A stretch of DNA of 64,000 nucleotides. Origin: Hyphomicrobiales bacterium (GTDB taxonomy: Bacteria > Pseudomonadota > Alphaproteobacteria > Rhizobiales > OSC116). Position numbers and translations under genes: made by a program. The DNA lies in NCBI GenBank assembly GCA_013214705.1, contig JABSRZ010000006.1, positions 156,338 through 220,337 on the forward strand, in the 5' to 3' direction. The notes under the pieces were generated by a model. It saw only the letters and a list, made by a program, of their open reading frames with translations. It did not search any database and had not been told where the DNA came from. Shown piece by piece: positions 42,866 through 52,277 of the stretch (position 1 is the stretch's first letter; each line of letters begins with the position of its first letter).

Positions 42866-43135
42866 TTATTCTGCGGCTTGCGCGAGTGGCATGACATTCA
42901 CAAACGTGCGGTCATTACGACCCTTCGTGAAATAAACATTGCCTTCGATGACTGCAAAGATTGTATGATCTTTACCGATGCCAACATTTACACCAGGGTG
43001 CCACTTTGTGCCACGCTGGCGAACGATAATGTTGCCAGAGATGACGTTTTCGCCACCAAATTTCTTAACACCAAGACGGCGACCTGCTGAGTCGCGACCG
43101 TTACGGGATGAGCCGCCTGCTTTTTTATGTGCCAT
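42866..43135 (-). CDS. rpmA: 50S ribosomal protein L27
   Basis: [16 protein letters not shown]. Confidence 0.99.
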   Translation of the reverse strand: MAHKKAGGSSRNGRDSAGRRLGVKKFGGENVISGNIIVRQRGTKWHPGVNVGIGKDHTIFAVIEGNVYFTKGRNDRTFVNVMPLAQAAE

Positions 43136-43159
43136 GGTCTATTCTCCTAAAGGTTGCGC

Positions 43160-43834
43160 TTAACTAGTAAGGTCTTTGATTTCAGTTGCCCAAACATCGA
43201 TAGGTAGAGCACCTTTGAATGAATAAGCTTTGTCTAACTTAGCTGCATCATCAGCTGTGATTTGAGCCATTTGTGAATAATGGAAGATACCAATATCATT
43301 TAGCTTTTTCTCACCAACTTTGCCGATGGCTGAAAGTTTAGTTAAATTGTCTTTTTTGCCATTTGGTGCTGACAGTAATTCTACTGTTAGGCCTAGGCTT
43401 GAAGCGTCTGTACCGGTTGCAGCGGCAGCTTTAGGTGCAGCTTCTGTTTTAGCGGCAGCTTTAGGCGCGTCAACTTTTGGTGCGGCTGCTTTTTTAGCAG
43501 GGGCTTTCTTAGGGGCTTTGGCGCCGCCGACAAGAATGTCGATAACCCGTAGCACAGTTTTATGTTGGCGATGGCCAGCTTTACGACGATAGTTTTGACG
43601 GCGTTTCTTTTTGAAAACGATGACTTTTTTATCGCGTTTTTGCTCCAAAACTTCGGCAGCTACAGAAGCGCCTTCAACAGTTGGGGTGCCAATTTCAGTT
43701 GTTTCGCCACCAAGCATTAGCACGTCGTCTAATGTGATGATGTCGCCAGCTTCTACTTCAAGTTTTTCAACTTGTAGAATATCGTCTTTAACGACTTTAT
43801 ATTGTTTTCCGCCTGTGCGGATGACTGCAAACAT
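43160..43834 (-). CDS. rplU: 50S ribosomal protein L21 with Ala/Lys linker and C-terminal HhH-like extension
   Basis: [29 protein letters not shown]. Confidence 0.97.
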   Translation of the reverse strand: MFAVIRTGGKQYKVVKDDILQVEKLEVEAGDIITLDDVLMLGGETTEIGTPTVEGASVAAEVLEQKRDKKVIVFKKKRRQNYRRKAGHRQHKTVLRVIDILVGGAKAPKKAPAKKAAAPKVDAPKAAAKTEAAPKAAAATGTDASSLGLTVELLSAPNGKKDNLTKLSAIGKVGEKKLNDIGIFHYSQMAQITADDAAKLDKAYSFKGALPIDVWATEIKDLTS

Positions 43835-43994
43835 ATTGCTCGATCTCTTTTATTATGCCCAAATGAATGGGCTTTGATTTAAAATATTCACTCTATCATT
43901 GTGGGGGATCTGCAGTATAAAACCCTGACAGAACAGTGATTTCATACAACCCATAACGAGTAGACAGGCGCAAAAAGGCCCTTTGAATGGTCGC

Positions 43995-44022
43995 AATATA
44001 CATTCTGGAGGGCGAGTGTCAA
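43995..44022 (-). promoter_or_regulatory. Sigma70-type promoter of rplU-rpmA
   Basis: Minus strand TTGACA-N16-TATATT, with TG just before the -10 element. Confidence 0.65.
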
Positions 44023-44048
44023 GACAATGGTGGTATATATGAACCGAA

Positions 44049-44744
44049 TTATGCGGCGATAACCGGGAAATAATAAGCAGTGTTGCCAAGCTGCCACACC
44101 GGTAGTTTTTTAAATATGCATACAAACCGATCTGATGCGATGAAAGCTGCTAACCATTGTTGGGTATTTGGGTAGGGTGTGCTATCCCACCATTGGCGGC
44201 CACTATTGGCAAATTGGCGCACAAATGGCGCGATGGCTAAGTCGGCCAAGCTTACATCTTGCCCCATTAAAAACGGCTGCTCGGTTAATAAAAATTCGAG
44301 TTTTTGAATGAAAATCTCGGCCTGATTGCGGGCGTTTAAGCCGGTATTTTGGCTATCATCATTACTGGCATCATCGGTATAGCGGGTGGCATATTTATAG
44401 CGGTCTAGATGATGTTTAAAATGACTGTTTCGGCTGCCGTCTGTTTGCTCAATAAGCTCAAGCATACTTGCCATGTCGCCGGCCAATAATTGGTTGGGGT
44501 CATTTTGCTGTAGCGCCCATAACATAATGTCGAGGCTTTCATCTATCACTTGGCCATTTGGCAATAGCAAAACCGGCACGGTGGCTTTGGGCGAAATCTC
44601 TAGCATATGGGCGGGTTTATCGCGCAATAGGATTTCGCGCAGTTCGACTTTTATGCCAGCTTCTAAAATGCCAATGCGGGCGCGCATGGCATAGGGGCAA
44701 CGGCGGAAACTGTATAAAATTGGCAAATCACTCATAGCCACCAT
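44049..44744 (-). CDS. Glutathione S-transferase family protein
   Basis: LYSFRRCPYAMRAR, SPKATVPVL, ESLDIM.WAL, FK.HLDRYKY, PFVRQFA. Confidence 0.9.
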   Translation of the reverse strand: MVAMSDLPILYSFRRCPYAMRARIGILEAGIKVELREILLRDKPAHMLEISPKATVPVLLLPNGQVIDESLDIMLWALQQNDPNQLLAGDMASMLELIEQTDGSRNSHFKHHLDRYKYATRYTDDASNDDSQNTGLNARNQAEIFIQKLEFLLTEQPFLMGQDVSLADLAIAPFVRQFANSGRQWWDSTPYPNTQQWLAAFIASDRFVCIFKKLPVWQLGNTAYYFPVIAA

Positions 44745-44788
44745 TCATAATTTATGTTATCTGGGCTGTAAATAGAGAAAGATATTTT

Positions 44789-45982
44789 ATGGCACATTTT
44801 GATGTGGTGATATTGGGCGCAGGAGCCGCAGGCCTGATGTGCGCCATCGAAGCTGGCAAAAACGGCAGAAGCGTTGTGGTGCTAGAGCGTAACCGCCATG
44901 CGGCGCAGAAAATACGCATATCTGGTGGTGGGCGCTGTAATTTTACCAACATCAACACCGATAAAACTAAATTTATTTCTGAAAATAAGAATTTTTGCAT
45001 TTCGGCCTTAAAACGCTACACCCCGCAAGATTTTATAAAATTGGTAGATGAATATAAAATCGACTATCATGAGAAAACTCTGGGGCAATATTTTTGCGAC
45101 GACAGTGCGATGCAAATTATTGAGCTGTTGCTTGACCAATGTGAGCAAAATGGCGTTGAAATTGTCAAACAAATTGAAGTGAAGAAAATAGAAAAAAACG
45201 ACGGCATATTTACGCTGATAACCGATGCTGAAGAATATTCGGGCGATAAATTGGTGTTGGCCACTGGCGGGCCTTCAATTCCGAAAATGGGCGCATCATC
45301 TATTGGTTATATTATTGCCAAGCAATTTGGCCACAGCATTATAGACATCCGCCCCGGGCTGGTGCCATTGACTTTTAGCGATGATATGAAAGGCTATATT
45401 GCGGTATTGGCCGGCATTTCGATTGATAATGTGGAAGTGAGTGTGGCCGACAAAAAGATTAAACAGAAATTCCGCGAGGCTTTGCTGTTTACCCATAGAG
45501 GTTTAAGCGGCCCGGCTATTTTGCAAATTTCATCTTTTTGGCGCGAAGGCAAAGCCATTGTTATAAATATGTTGCCAGATGTGGACATGTTTGAACAATT
45601 GCTTAAGGCAAAAAAAGACAACCCGAAACAGTTATTGCACAATATGTTGAGCAAATATTTTGCCAAAAAGCTTGCGGTTTATATTACCGAAGAAACCGAT
45701 ATTGATGGCCAAATGGGCGGCATGAGCGACAAAAAATTGCAAAAAATTGCCGATATGGTCAATAGATGGCATGTAATGCCCAATGGCAGCGAAGGCAACA
45801 GAACCGCCGAGGTGACTTTGGGCGGGGTGAATACCAAAGAAATATCCAGCCAAAGCTTTGAAAGCCAGAAAACAGAAGGGCTTTATATTATTGGTGAATT
45901 GCTGGACGTTACGGGGTATTTGGGCGGGTATAACTTCCAATGGGCGTGGGCTTCTGGGTATGCAGCAGGGCGTGCTCTTTAG
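44789..45982 (+). CDS. BaiN/YhiN (HI0933) family flavoprotein
   Basis: GAGAAG, ISGGGRCNFTN, LFTHRGLSGP, GGYNFQWAWASG. Confidence 0.93.
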   Translation: MAHFDVVILGAGAAGLMCAIEAGKNGRSVVVLERNRHAAQKIRISGGGRCNFTNINTDKTKFISENKNFCISALKRYTPQDFIKLVDEYKIDYHEKTLGQYFCDDSAMQIIELLLDQCEQNGVEIVKQIEVKKIEKNDGIFTLITDAEEYSGDKLVLATGGPSIPKMGASSIGYIIAKQFGHSIIDIRPGLVPLTFSDDMKGYIAVLAGISIDNVEVSVADKKIKQKFREALLFTHRGLSGPAILQISSFWREGKAIVINMLPDVDMFEQLLKAKKDNPKQLLHNMLSKYFAKKLAVYITEETDIDGQMGGMSDKKLQKIADMVNRWHVMPNGSEGNRTAEVTLGGVNTKEISSQSFESQKTEGLYIIGELLDVTGYLGGYNFQWAWASGYAAGRAL

Positions 45983-45985
45983 GGG

Positions 45986-46189
45986 TTTTGTGCTGGAGTT
46001 TCAGATGATGAGCCCTGCTTGATCTTGTAAAGATATCGAAAGTTAGCGCTCCTGCCGGCACAGGGGTGCTTGCATTTATACGTTCGTGCGGCCTATCGGC
46101 CTTCTCACTGTTAGCACTTGCACCGCGGGAGCACTTTGTCGCTTCGCTCGGCGTGGCCTCGCTAGCCTCCGCGCGGTGGCCTCAAAGTT
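45986..46189. repeat. Family A, 5' portion starting at a terminal repeat
   Basis: TTTTGTGCTGG start; AGTTAGCGCTCCTGC, TTGCATTTATACGTTC and CTAGCCTCCGCGCG colinear with the reverse complement of the 7-kb copy. Confidence 0.9.
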
Positions 46190-46281
46190 AATATATGGAT
46201 TTTTAGAACCGAACGGCCACTTAATGCTATTATTGGTGGCATTAATTGGCCGCGTTATCAAAGCCGTTGGTTAGCTTTTAT

Positions 46282-46803
46282 TTATTTACGAATAATGACC
46301 ACGGTTGCGGCATCATTGCTAACACGAGTGTTAGTTTTTGTGCCTTCGTCATAGCCTATGTCAAAACGGTGCAATTTAACAATTGTTTCAGTTGTTGCGT
46401 GAATGTCGACAACATTCGAAACATAATTGTCAGGAAACATGGTTGGTGCAACCATTGCGAGAATTCGCAACGATGTTGCGTCGGTTTCAAATTCAAAAGT
46501 AATGCTGGCACCTGGTTTTAAAAGCACACTTGGCGGTCCGTCGAGACCATGACCAACCGCAACCATATCAGCGCCAATAGACGCAACCACTTTGGCAGGA
46601 TCACCCGTTAGAATTTGCTCTTCAGCGGCGGGTGTTACGTAGCTGCCATTGAATATAAAACCATCATTCGATGTGCTGGTCACCACAATTGGAGCCAATA
46701 GCTCCTCGGCCAAGTTATTTGTTACGGTAATGGAATAGGTATCAGCAAAAGCTGTACCCGATATCATCGCAGCAAAAGCAGCGGCTAGTATAATTTTCTT
46801 CAT
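46282..46803 (-). CDS. Secreted spondin_N-like domain protein
   Basis: Signal peptide (AFA); YSITVTN, GDP, LKPGASITFEF, AMVAPT..DNY, FDIGYDEGT resembling bacterial spondin domains. Confidence 0.6.
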   Translation of the reverse strand: MKKIILAAAFAAMISGTAFADTYSITVTNNLAEELLAPIVVTSTSNDGFIFNGSYVTPAAEEQILTGDPAKVVASIGADMVAVGHGLDGPPSVLLKPGASITFEFETDATSLRILAMVAPTMFPDNYVSNVVDIHATTETIVKLHRFDIGYDEGTKTNTRVSNDAATVVIIRK

Positions 46804-46986
46804 TAACTTTTTCCTATTTAGTTAGTTTGCACAAAAATTAATACAAAATTGTTCTATTATTTTCAAATCACATATGTTCACAAAAAAAATGAAAAAGTTG
46901 ATAGTAATTTACGAAGGTCGAAAAACTACAGCACTGTCCCTTGATACTAAATTCAGTGCTATTCTCACTTTGGGTGTGCGTCAGCA

Positions 46987-47088
46987 AGCCTCCGCGCGCT
47001 TTGGCCACATAGTTTGCCTTATAGCTTTTGGCCGCGCTCCTGTCATCACGGGGGTACTTGGTGGCATACGGAAACTCAGCACAAAGTT
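46987..47088. repeat. Family A, 3' portion ending at a terminal repeat
   Basis: AGCCTCCGCGCG...AGTTTGCCTT...ACTCAGCACAAAGTT colinear with the 3' part of the 7-kb and 22.4-kb copies. Confidence 0.8.
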
Positions 47089-47112
47089 GCGGGATAACTC
47101 TTCCCATCTGAA

Positions 47113-47419
47113 GCTGTAAAGACATAGAAAGTTAGCGCTCCTGCCGACACAGGGGTGCTTGCATTTATACGTTCGTACGGCCTATCGGCCTACTCACTGT
47201 TAGCACATTTCGCTTCGCTCAAAGCTCACCTGCGGGCGCACGCCTCCGCGTGCTTGCTACGCCCTAACGGGCGGCCTCAGTCGGCAAGTTCGCCAACAAG
47301 TTGGCTCGCCTCTTTCCTAACAAACAGCCTTAAAGCGCGGTTTTGAGCGGCCGCTATAGCGTTCTCGGTGCGGCACGTTGTGTGATGAGCGTGGCAGACA
47401 TAAACTCAGCACAAAATTT
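47113..47419. repeat. Mosaic family A copy (core + module X + alternative 3' module + terminus)
   Basis: Core as at 46.0 kb, module X at 47242-47317, GGCACGTTGTGTG module as at 22.8 kb, ends ACTCAGCACAAAATTT. Confidence 0.88.
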
Positions 47420-47430
47420 CAGGAGGTTTC

Positions 47431-47518
47431 CCCGAACCAACGAAGTTGGTGAGATGGCCATTGAGGCCGCCCGTTAGGGCGTAGTAAGCAAACGGAGTTT
47501 GCGCACGCAGTGCAAGCA
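47431..47518. repeat. Family A module X, inverted
   Basis: TGAGGCCGCCCGTTAGGGCGTAG is the reverse complement of 47257-47279. Confidence 0.88.
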
Positions 47519-47717
47519 CAAAGTGCAAGCAAATAAAGAAAGTTAGCGCACTCGATACTTAAATTCGCGCTATAAAGTTTGGAGAAAAACCGGCTGCTCG
47601 AAAAGGGGGGGAGAGAATCAAGCAGCCTGCAAAATCACTTTTAGCAGCTGTTTTGTTTTGTAGATATTCTACTATAGTAGGCAATTACGATAACATTGTG
47701 CATAAGTTTGCCGGGGT

Positions 47718-47752
47718 TTTATAGCCTGCTAAGTGAGTTAGCAGGCTATAAA
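47718..47752. terminator. 15-bp perfect stem-loop downstream of the yeeE/yedE pair
   Basis: TTTATAGCCTGCTAA-GTGAG-TTAGCAGGCTATAAA; no clear U tract on either strand. Confidence 0.5.
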
Positions 47753-47768
47753 GATAGTTGGATCTATC

Positions 47769-48203
47769 TTAGTTTAGATTGGTTTTTTTGCGCAGCATGT
47801 TTTGGGTAATTTTTGTGGCGTAAATGCCAACAACTAGAGCGGCACAAAAGGTTAAAACATCGGCATTTAAAGTGCCAACTGCCGGCAATGCGCCGCCCGG
47901 GCAAAAACCGGAAATGCCCCAGCCAATGCCAAATAAAGCCGAGCCGCCGATGAGATTAATGTCTAGTGATTTTTTGGTTGGTAGTTGGAACTTTAGGTTA
48001 AATAACGGGTTTGGCAGTTTGAGAATGTAGCGATAGCCGATAAAGGCAACCACGAGGCCGCCGCCCATAACAAAGCCTAGGCTCGGATCCCACGTGCCAG
48101 CAACGTCAAAGAAATTGATGACTTTGGCCGGGTTTGCCATGCCAGACATGAGAATGCCGATGCCAAAAATAATGCCGGTGATAAATGCGCTGATAAATTT
48201 CAT
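47769..48203 (-). CDS. YeeE/YedE family sulfur-transport membrane protein (second half)
   Basis: SGMANPAKV..F.D..G.WDPSL, FGIGWGISGFCPG. Confidence 0.9.
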   Translation of the reverse strand: MKFISAFITGIIFGIGILMSGMANPAKVINFFDVAGTWDPSLGFVMGGGLVVAFIGYRYILKLPNPLFNLKFQLPTKKSLDINLIGGSALFGIGWGISGFCPGGALPAVGTLNADVLTFCAALVVGIYATKITQNMLRKKTNLN

Positions 48204-48205
48204 CT

Positions 48206-48637
48206 TCACGCTCCTATAATATGTCTGATGATGTAAACTGTGATGGCCGTAAAAATCATAAAGGTGATGGTGGCGACAATGGAACGCGGTGACAGCCGGG
48301 CAATGCCGCAAATGCCATGACCCGATGTGCAGCCGCCGCCTAAAGTAACGCCAACGCCGACAATTAACCCACCGATGATGAGCATGCTCTTGCCTATAGG
48401 CACTTGAATGGGTGGAAACTCACCCATTACGGTTTGATATAATAATGGCGATGCTAACATGCCTAATAATAAGAGCGCTCGCCAGCTCCAATCACTCATA
48501 GAGGATGGGTATAAAAACCCCGCCAATACGCCGGTTGCGCCCATTATGCGCCCCAATGTCCACATTAAAAATATGGTTGCGAGGCCAATGAGTGCGCCGC
48601 CACCTAGAGATTGATAGGGGGTGAAGATTGTTTCCAT
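48206..48637 (-). CDS. YeeE/YedE family sulfur-transport membrane protein (first half)
   Basis: GGALIGLA, GRIMG.TG, GGCTSGHGICG..RLS.RS. Confidence 0.9.
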   Translation of the reverse strand: METIFTPYQSLGGGALIGLATIFLMWTLGRIMGATGVLAGFLYPSSMSDWSWRALLLLGMLASPLLYQTVMGEFPPIQVPIGKSMLIIGGLIVGVGVTLGGGCTSGHGICGIARLSPRSIVATITFMIFTAITVYIIRHIIGA

Positions 48638-48811
48638 GGGTTTTGCCCTTTTGATTAGTATATATTAATGGCGATTATTATTAATATCGACATTAATATA
48701 TAAAATTTGATTTAAAACAAGCTTAATGAACGGCCATGTAAGACCAATTTAGGGCTTGCAATCTATGGCAATCACCTTATATTAGAAACTACTAATGTAG
48801 GGGGTGAATTG

Positions 48812-49084
48812 ATGACATATCAAATTGTGGCGTTGGAAGATGTAACAGACGGAATATTATTGGATGTGAGAGAAGCTGCGGAATATGCTGCTGGTTGCTT
48901 TGACAATGCGAAAAACATGCCATTGTCTAAACTAAATATCACAATAGATGTGATGCAAGACTATGACAAAAGCCAAACTTATGTGCTTTATTGTGTGCAT
49001 GGCATGCGGGCCAAAAATGCGGCAAAAATATTGGATGATGCCGGGTTTGAGGATATTCGCCTGCTAGACCGTGGCTATACGTGA
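48812..49084 (+). CDS. Single-domain rhodanese-like protein
   Basis: LLDVRE..EY..G, YCVHGMRA active-site loop. Confidence 0.85.
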   Translation: MTYQIVALEDVTDGILLDVREAAEYAAGCFDNAKNMPLSKLNITIDVMQDYDKSQTYVLYCVHGMRAKNAAKILDDAGFEDIRLLDRGYT

Positions 49085-49094
49085 TTGGGCGTGG

Positions 49095-50144
49095 TTATAG
49101 CTGATTGGGATTTTCGATTTTGAAAAAGCTAAGCTGACTCTCATAGGCGGTTATGTTGCCTTGGCGTTTAAGCCCAGCTTTTTCTAACGATTTTTGGGAG
49201 GCTATATTTTCTGGATTGGTGACGCCGACAATATGCGGCAAATTAAGCTGCTCGAACGCATGCTTTACCATTGCAGCAGCCACTTCGGCGGCGATGCCTT
49301 GCCCCCAAAATTTGGGTTTGAGCCAATATCCGGTTTCAATATAATTTAGATCATCCTCAGTTGGCAGGGCTTTGAGCAAGGTCATGCCGACACAAATATC
49401 TCCTTTATAGACCATCCAATAACCAAGGCCTAGCGGTTTTTGGTTGGTTTTCATACGCTCAAAGGCTTGGCTGACCTCTTCATCATTCAACGCATGTTCA
49501 AACACGTATTTTTGCACTTGCTCACTTTGCATCATTTCGGTGATGTGGCGATTAAATTCTGGGCAATCTACCCACGGATAAAGGGAGAATCGTTGGGTTT
49601 TTAAAATTGGGTTGTCGGCCATTTTATGCTGTTGATTTTTAATGACAAATGCCGGTAACTTGCGGCCTTCCTCAACCACATCGCCATTGGCTATAAACCC
49701 GGTTTTAAGCAATGCGTTTTGCGAAGGTAGGTTTTTGCGTTCGACAATGGCGATAATTTCGGGCAAATTTAGCTGCTCAAAGCCAAACTTGACTGCGGAT
49801 TTGATGGTTTCTTGGGCAATGCCCAGACCCCAAAAACTTGGCTTTAACCAATAACCTAATTCATAGATATAAGCATCGTCAGCTTGCAAAATTGATTTTA
49901 GAAAAATAATGCCGACACAGGTTTGGGTGTCATAAATCATCCACGTGCCAAAACCTCTATATTTCTCAGTTTGGCTGGCCATTATTGGGATTATTTTTTT
50001 GATGTCTTCATCGGTATAAGGTTTGCCATTCACATATTTTTGCACCTGTGGGTCTTTGAATAAGTCTACAAAATGCAGGTTGTGCTCGGCGCTATTTTGC
50101 CACGGTATCAGGCTAAAACGGTCGGTTTTTAGAATGGTTAGCAT
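49095..50144 (-). CDS. Tandem double-GNAT (RimJ/RimL-type) acetyltransferase
   Basis: Two repeats of ILKT.RFSL.PW ... E.GYWLKP.FWG.GIA ... N..SQ..L.K.G. Confidence 0.88.
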   Translation of the reverse strand: MLTILKTDRFSLIPWQNSAEHNLHFVDLFKDPQVQKYVNGKPYTDEDIKKIIPIMASQTEKYRGFGTWMIYDTQTCVGIIFLKSILQADDAYIYELGYWLKPSFWGLGIAQETIKSAVKFGFEQLNLPEIIAIVERKNLPSQNALLKTGFIANGDVVEEGRKLPAFVIKNQQHKMADNPILKTQRFSLYPWVDCPEFNRHITEMMQSEQVQKYVFEHALNDEEVSQAFERMKTNQKPLGLGYWMVYKGDICVGMTLLKALPTEDDLNYIETGYWLKPKFWGQGIAAEVAAAMVKHAFEQLNLPHIVGVTNPENIASQKSLEKAGLKRQGNITAYESQLSFFKIENPNQL

Positions 50145-50887
50145 TAGATATATTCCGCTTGTTTTAAGGGCTTTAAATAGGTGGCGCTAATTGGCAATTG
50201 GTCGCCATTTATAAGTTCCAGAGCGTTTTTGCGGCCATTTTTAACATGAGCTTTTATCGCCGATTTTGCCACCCAATGCGAGCGATGAATTGACATGCCT
50301 TCGATATCAGACATTTTTAACTGTTTGATGGCATCGTTTAATTTATACAATATGAGCTTGTTTTCGCTGCTGGTGTGGATGCGGATATAATGATCTTCAG
50401 AGGTGATGTATAATAAATCGCCAGAGATGTTGGCTAAAAAATGTGGCCGTGGTGGTTTTGAGGTGGTTGCTGATTGTTTCAGCCGGGTTTTGAAAATGTT
50501 AGCCACCACCAAATACACCAAAAAATAGATTGTCTGGCTGGTGACCAGCAACCTTAACCAAAAAACCCCGATGCTGGCGGCTGAATTGGTTTCCTGAAAA
50601 AACACGATGTTAATGAATATGATGAGCGCGGTTAGTGGCAGCGTCATACCAATGGTGACCAGTGAGCCAACAAATATATACGGCAATTTTAAAACTGGTT
50701 TCAAAATGTTATCTAACATGCCCCACACATACCAACTGCACATGCCAATGGCCCACCAATAAGCAAACCGCCAAGCAAAATTTTCGATAATTCCGGTATT
50801 ATAAGGCGCAATTTGGGCCAAAATTAAGCCCAGCATAATGATGATGATGATGGGAAAGCGGTTGATGTTTTTTAATTTTTTAAACAT
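50144..50887 (-). CDS. Membrane-anchored LytTR-domain regulator
   Basis: Four N-terminal TM segments; SEDHYIRIHT, IHRSHWVA, LPISATY. Confidence 0.88.
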   Translation of the reverse strand: MFKKLKNINRFPIIIIIMLGLILAQIAPYNTGIIENFAWRFAYWWAIGMCSWYVWGMLDNILKPVLKLPYIFVGSLVTIGMTLPLTALIIFINIVFFQETNSAASIGVFWLRLLVTSQTIYFLVYLVVANIFKTRLKQSATTSKPPRPHFLANISGDLLYITSEDHYIRIHTSSENKLILYKLNDAIKQLKMSDIEGMSIHRSHWVAKSAIKAHVKNGRKNALELINGDQLPISATYLKPLKQAEYI

Positions 50888-51033
50888 AGCAGCAGAATAG
50901 TGAAAAACCCGATGAAGGCAACACTAAATCTAGGCTTTAAATATTCAAAGTTAAATATATATTGTTATCAAACCGTGATATAGAGCTAGATATAGTAATT
51001 AGTTTTTTAAAAAACCATGACCAAGGACTTGAT

Positions 51034-52257
51034 ATGCAGCAACGCAGAAATACCATAGCGGTAAAAGTTGGCAATATTGTTGTTGGCGGTGGTGCGCCCA
51101 TTGTTGTGCAGTCGATGACCAATACTGACACCGCCGACATAGCCGGCACGGTGAAGCAGGTTATTGAGCTGGCTGAGGCTGGCTCGGAATTGGTGCGGAT
51201 AACGGTTGACCGGGATGAATCGGCCGCGGCTGTGCCATATATAAGAGAAAAACTAGACGCGGCCGGTTATGATGTGCCGTTGATTGGTGATTTTCATTAT
51301 ATCGGGCATAAATTATTGGCCGACCACCCCGCCTGCGCTGAAGCGTTGGGCAAATACCGCATTAACCCGGGCAATGTTGGGTTTAAAAACCGCCGCGACA
51401 CGCAATTTGGTTTGATGATAGAAACCGCGATTAAAAATGACAAACCGGTGCGCATCGGCGTAAATATGGGATCGCTTGACCAAGAATTATTGACCAAATT
51501 AATGGGCGAAAATAACGCCTCAGAAAACCCGATACCCAATTATGAAGTGGCGCGTGAAGCCATGGTGCAAAGCGCTTTGGCCAGTGCGAAACGCGCCGAA
51601 GAAATTGGCTTAAGCGCCGACAAAATTATCATTTCTGGCAAAGTTAGCGTGGTGCAAGAAATGGTGGCAGTTTATGAAACTTTATCTGCCCGCTCAAATT
51701 ACGCACTGCATTTAGGCCTTACAGAGGCCGGCATGGGTTCTAAAGGCATTGTTTATTCGGCCGCTGCGCTATCTTGCTTGTTGCAACAAGGCATTGGCGA
51801 CACCATTCGGGTTTCACTAACCCCCGCGCCAAACGCCCCGCGCACCGACGAGGTGGTGGTGGCGCAAGAAATTTTGCAAGGCATGGGCGTGCGCGCTTTT
51901 ATGCCGATGGTGGTGGCTTGCCCGGGTTGTGGGCGTACAACCAGCACGACTTTTCAATCGCTCGCCGAAGACATTCAGGGTTATATCCGCGAACGGTTGC
52001 CAGTGTGGAAGAAGGAATATACCGGGTTTGAAAATTTAACTTTGGCGGTGATGGGTTGCATTGTTAATGGCCCGGGCGAAAGTAAAAACGCCGACATTGG
52101 CATTAGCCTGCCCGGCACTGGCGAGAACCCGGCCGCTCCGGTATTTATTGATGGGGTGAAGGCCAAGACTTTACGCGGTAAAAATTTAGACGCCTTGATT
52201 GCCGAATTTCAGGGAATTGTCGAAGATTATATCGACACGCGCTATGCTAAAAAATAG
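51034..52257 (+). CDS. ispG: HMBPP synthase (flavodoxin-dependent)
   Basis: [39 protein letters not shown]. Confidence 0.97.
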   Translation: MQQRRNTIAVKVGNIVVGGGAPIVVQSMTNTDTADIAGTVKQVIELAEAGSELVRITVDRDESAAAVPYIREKLDAAGYDVPLIGDFHYIGHKLLADHPACAEALGKYRINPGNVGFKNRRDTQFGLMIETAIKNDKPVRIGVNMGSLDQELLTKLMGENNASENPIPNYEVAREAMVQSALASAKRAEEIGLSADKIIISGKVSVVQEMVAVYETLSARSNYALHLGLTEAGMGSKGIVYSAAALSCLLQQGIGDTIRVSLTPAPNAPRTDEVVVAQEILQGMGVRAFMPMVVACPGCGRTTSTTFQSLAEDIQGYIRERLPVWKKEYTGFENLTLAVMGCIVNGPGESKNADIGISLPGTGENPAAPVFIDGVKAKTLRGKNLDALIAEFQGIVEDYIDTRYAKK

Positions 52258-52277
52258 CTTGATGCTAAAAAATAGCT
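52244..52277. repeat. 16-bp direct duplication at the ispG/ispA convergent junction
   Basis: ATGCTAAAAAATAGCT at 52244 and 52262. Confidence 0.8.
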
